From an uncultured Alphaproteobacteria bacterium (GTDB lineage Bacteria > Pseudomonadota > Alphaproteobacteria > JAJFIK01), in the NCBI GenBank assembly GCA_964522525.1, contig CAZFWG010000015.1, positions 1,861-65,860 of the forward strand: a stretch of 64,000 bases of DNA, read 5' to 3'. Of the stretch, positions 61,943-64,000 are shown in pieces; position 1 is the stretch's first letter; each line of letters opens with the position of its first letter. Made by a program: the position numbers and the translations under genes. Below the pieces are notes generated by a model. The model saw nothing but the letters and a program-made list of their open reading frames with translations, had not been told where the DNA came from and searched no databases.

Positions 61943-63499
61943 ATGACCGTATCCAAATCCAGATCCGCCAAATCCGCGAAGAACAAAACAAACCCGCCCC
62001 TGGCCAACGGGGCCCATGGACCAAACGGTGCTGTACCGGCCATAATGGTGGCCAAGCCGAAAACATCCGGCGCGGGTGTGCCGGAACCCGAGGGGCCCAC
62101 AAAGGTGAAGATCGACAGGACGAAATCACCCGAAAACCGCGACGATGCCGCGCCGTCGATCGGCGCGCCCGACGATGGGGTCCAGGTGGATGCCGCCGCC
62201 GGCGTGGGCGATGGGACCCCGCCGCAAGGGGACATGCCGCAAGAAGATCGGGGTGCGGTCACGGCGGACGACGCTGCTATTGCTGAAAACACCGCACCGC
62301 AGAGCGCCCCGCGTGGGGTGGCGAGTGGCCTGGCCAGGGCGGTGGGCACCAGTTTCCAGCTTGCCGTTTCGGCGATTGTCGGCGCGTTTCTGGGCGTGCT
62401 CCTGATGGACAGCCTTCAGTTTGACGGCGTGCCGGCTCCGGTCGACACCCGCTTGCGGGATGTGGAAGCCCGTCTCGAGGCCGCCGGTCTTGCAAATGGC
62501 GATCCCCAATTGGCTTCGACCATCCGCACCGAACTTGCCGAAATCCGTGACCGGATGAACGCCCTTGAGGGACTGCGTCGGGATCTCGATCAGCTGGTCC
62601 GGGCCGGCGCGCCGGGGCCGGAACTGGGTGCCGTCGAAAGCGCGATCACGGACCTCAATGCATCCCTGGGACAGATCGAGACCCGCCTCGCACAGCTCTC
62701 CGGCGAGGTTACGCGGGGCCAGGCGCGGCTGCAGGACCGGGTCAGCAGTCTTGAAGGTGCGGTGCCTCCCAATCTGGCCCGCGACTTGGCCGCCAAAGCG
62801 GACAGCCGCCTTGTCGGTGATTTGGAAACGCGGGTCGGAGCCCTGGAGCGCAACGATGCCGGCCAGAATGCCCGGCGCTCCGCGCTGGCCGTCGCCCTGG
62901 CCAATCTGACCCGGGCCGCTTACACGGGCCAGTCCTTCGCGACAGAGCTCGAGGCCGTTGAAAGTCTGGTGGCGGATGATCCATCGATGCCGAGCCTGAA
63001 GGCCTATGCCGAGAACGGCATCCTGTCCCTTGAAACCCTTCAGGCGCAATTCGGTGATGTGGCCCGCGATGTGGTCCGGGCCTGGCACATGGCGGGCCAT
63101 GAGGGTGTATTGGGTCGCCTCTGGGCCAATCTCCTGGCCACGGTCACGGTGCGACCCGTGGGCGATGTGGAGGGTGATACGCCGCCCGCCGTCGTGGCCC
63201 GCGCGGAGATGCGCCTTGCGGAAGACAATCTGGCGGCCGCCATGGAAGAGCTGACGGTCCTGACCGGTGAGCCCGCCGCGGCGGTGGCCCCCTGGCTTGC
63301 CCAGGCGCAGGCCCGCCTCAATCTCGATGGGCTGATCCGGGAGCTGAATACCCAGGTCATTGTCGGGATCGCGGCGCAGACGGCACCGGTCGGGCAAAGG
63401 GCGCAGACACAGGCGCCGGTTTCCGAAACCACGGCTCCGATCCTGTTCCCGGTCCTGGATGAGCTGCCGACGGGCGGCTTGTTCCCGTTCGAGCCCTAA
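61943..63499 (+). CDS. Mitofilin/COG4223-like coiled-coil membrane protein (heme-cluster associated); start uncertain, alternatives at 61826 and 61895
   Basis: Lys/Ala/Pro-rich N-terminus, one TM (FQLAVSAIVGAFLGVLLM), long coiled-coil with repeated LExRL segments. Located between the hemD-like and hemY-like genes. Confidence 0.5.
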   Translation: MTVSKSRSAKSAKNKTNPPLANGAHGPNGAVPAIMVAKPKTSGAGVPEPEGPTKVKIDRTKSPENRDDAAPSIGAPDDGVQVDAAAGVGDGTPPQGDMPQEDRGAVTADDAAIAENTAPQSAPRGVASGLARAVGTSFQLAVSAIVGAFLGVLLMDSLQFDGVPAPVDTRLRDVEARLEAAGLANGDPQLASTIRTELAEIRDRMNALEGLRRDLDQLVRAGAPGPELGAVESAITDLNASLGQIETRLAQLSGEVTRGQARLQDRVSSLEGAVPPNLARDLAAKADSRLVGDLETRVGALERNDAGQNARRSALAVALANLTRAAYTGQSFATELEAVESLVADDPSMPSLKAYAENGILSLETLQAQFGDVARDVVRAWHMAGHEGVLGRLWANLLATVTVRPVGDVEGDTPPAVVARAEMRLAEDNLAAAMEELTVLTGEPAAAVAPWLAQAQARLNLDGLIRELNTQVIVGIAAQTAPVGQRAQTQAPVSETTAPILFPVLDELPTGGLFPFEP

Positions 63500-63534
63500 G
63501 CCAAGGACGGCCTGATGATCCGCATTCTGACCCT

Positions 63535-64000
63535 GTTCGTGATCGTCTTTCTGCTGGCGCTCGGCGGGGTGTGGCTTGCGGATCATCCCGGCAGTATCCG
63601 CGTCGAGTGGCTGGGCACGGAAATCGAGGCGTCCCTGGCGCTGGGCCTCGCCTTCATGGCCCTCATTGTCGGGATTGCGCTTTTCCTCAATCACCTCGCC
63701 AGCATCGCGGCGAAAAGCGCGCGGGGCATCGCCCGCTATCGGGCGGCCCGTCAGGAAAGCCGGTCCCGCAATGCCCTCGCCAACGGTCTCCTGGCCCTGG
63801 CGGCGGGCGACGCGGAGGGCGCGCGGCGGGTCATGCGGATGATCGGCGATCGCCGGGAAGACCGCGCGCTGACCCGTTTTCTCCAGGCCCAATCCGCCGA
63901 TCTCCTCGGCGTGCGTGGCGAAGCGCGGGCCGCTTTCGAGGCCATGCTGGAAGATCCCGAGACGGAGCTTCTGGCCCTTCTGGGTCTCAGCGATCTCGCG
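63535..64000 (+). CDS. hemY: Heme biosynthesis-associated protein HemY (N-terminal domain), 3'-truncated by the window edge
   Basis: Not in the ORF track because there is no stop before the window end. Translation from ATG 63535 gives MIRILTLFVIVFLLALGGVWLADHPGSIRVEWLGTEIEASLALGLAFMALIVGIALFL...RYRAARQESRSRNALANGLLALAAGDAEGARR, a HemY_N pattern. Confidence 0.6.

Noticed and set aside
1-64000. Mobile elements, prophage, CRISPR, tRNA/rRNA
   Set aside because: No transposase, integrase, phage structural motif or repeat-spacer array, and no tRNA or rRNA signature found on either strand. The accessory-looking blocks lack flanking direct repeats.

Overview
Reading the six-frame ORF track and the raw sequence, this is a high-GC (about 65%), tightly packed chromosomal segment that looks alphaproteobacterial. 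Most of it is housekeeping. I see no tRNA, rRNA, CRISPR array, transposase or integrase. Conserved housekeeping genes, from strongest anchors down: NAD-specific glutamate dehydrogenase (about 1,680 aa), acs, actP with its small DUF4212 partner, rpe, htpX, gpsA, tsaD, frmA, a DegP/HtrA protease, rsmB, hemD, and a hemY N-terminus at the right edge. Three accessory-looking blocks stand out. (i) 1-8.8 kb holds a partial SAM methyltransferase, a membrane-anchored SpeE-like aminopropyltransferase, a lipoprotein, a GNAT, a GST, a roughly 1 kb gene-free stretch with promoter-like and hairpin structure, a GDSL-lipase fused to RTX calcium-binding repeats, and a MATE exporter. (ii) 11-26 kb holds a minus-strand oxidoreductase operon (aldo/keto reductase, luciferase-like monooxygenase, Baeyer-Villiger-type flavin monooxygenase, alpha/beta hydrolase) beside a divergent Gfo/Idh/MocA oxidoreductase and a second MATE exporter, then two beta-lactamase-fold serine hydrolases, a nitrilase-family hydrolase, a class I amidotransferase, frmA and an M3 oligoendopeptidase. 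(iii) 48-51 kb holds a lone IucA/IucC-type (NIS) synthetase next to a possible PAS-like protein. The most striking single observation is that purH carries two in-frame nonsense codons, TAG and TAA, each sitting where other PurH proteins have a glutamate, about 60 codons into an otherwise intact gene. Many long ORFs in the track are antisense shadows of real genes, as expected at this GC content, and I rejected them. All product calls rest on recognisable motifs in the supplied translations; nothing was searched against a database.
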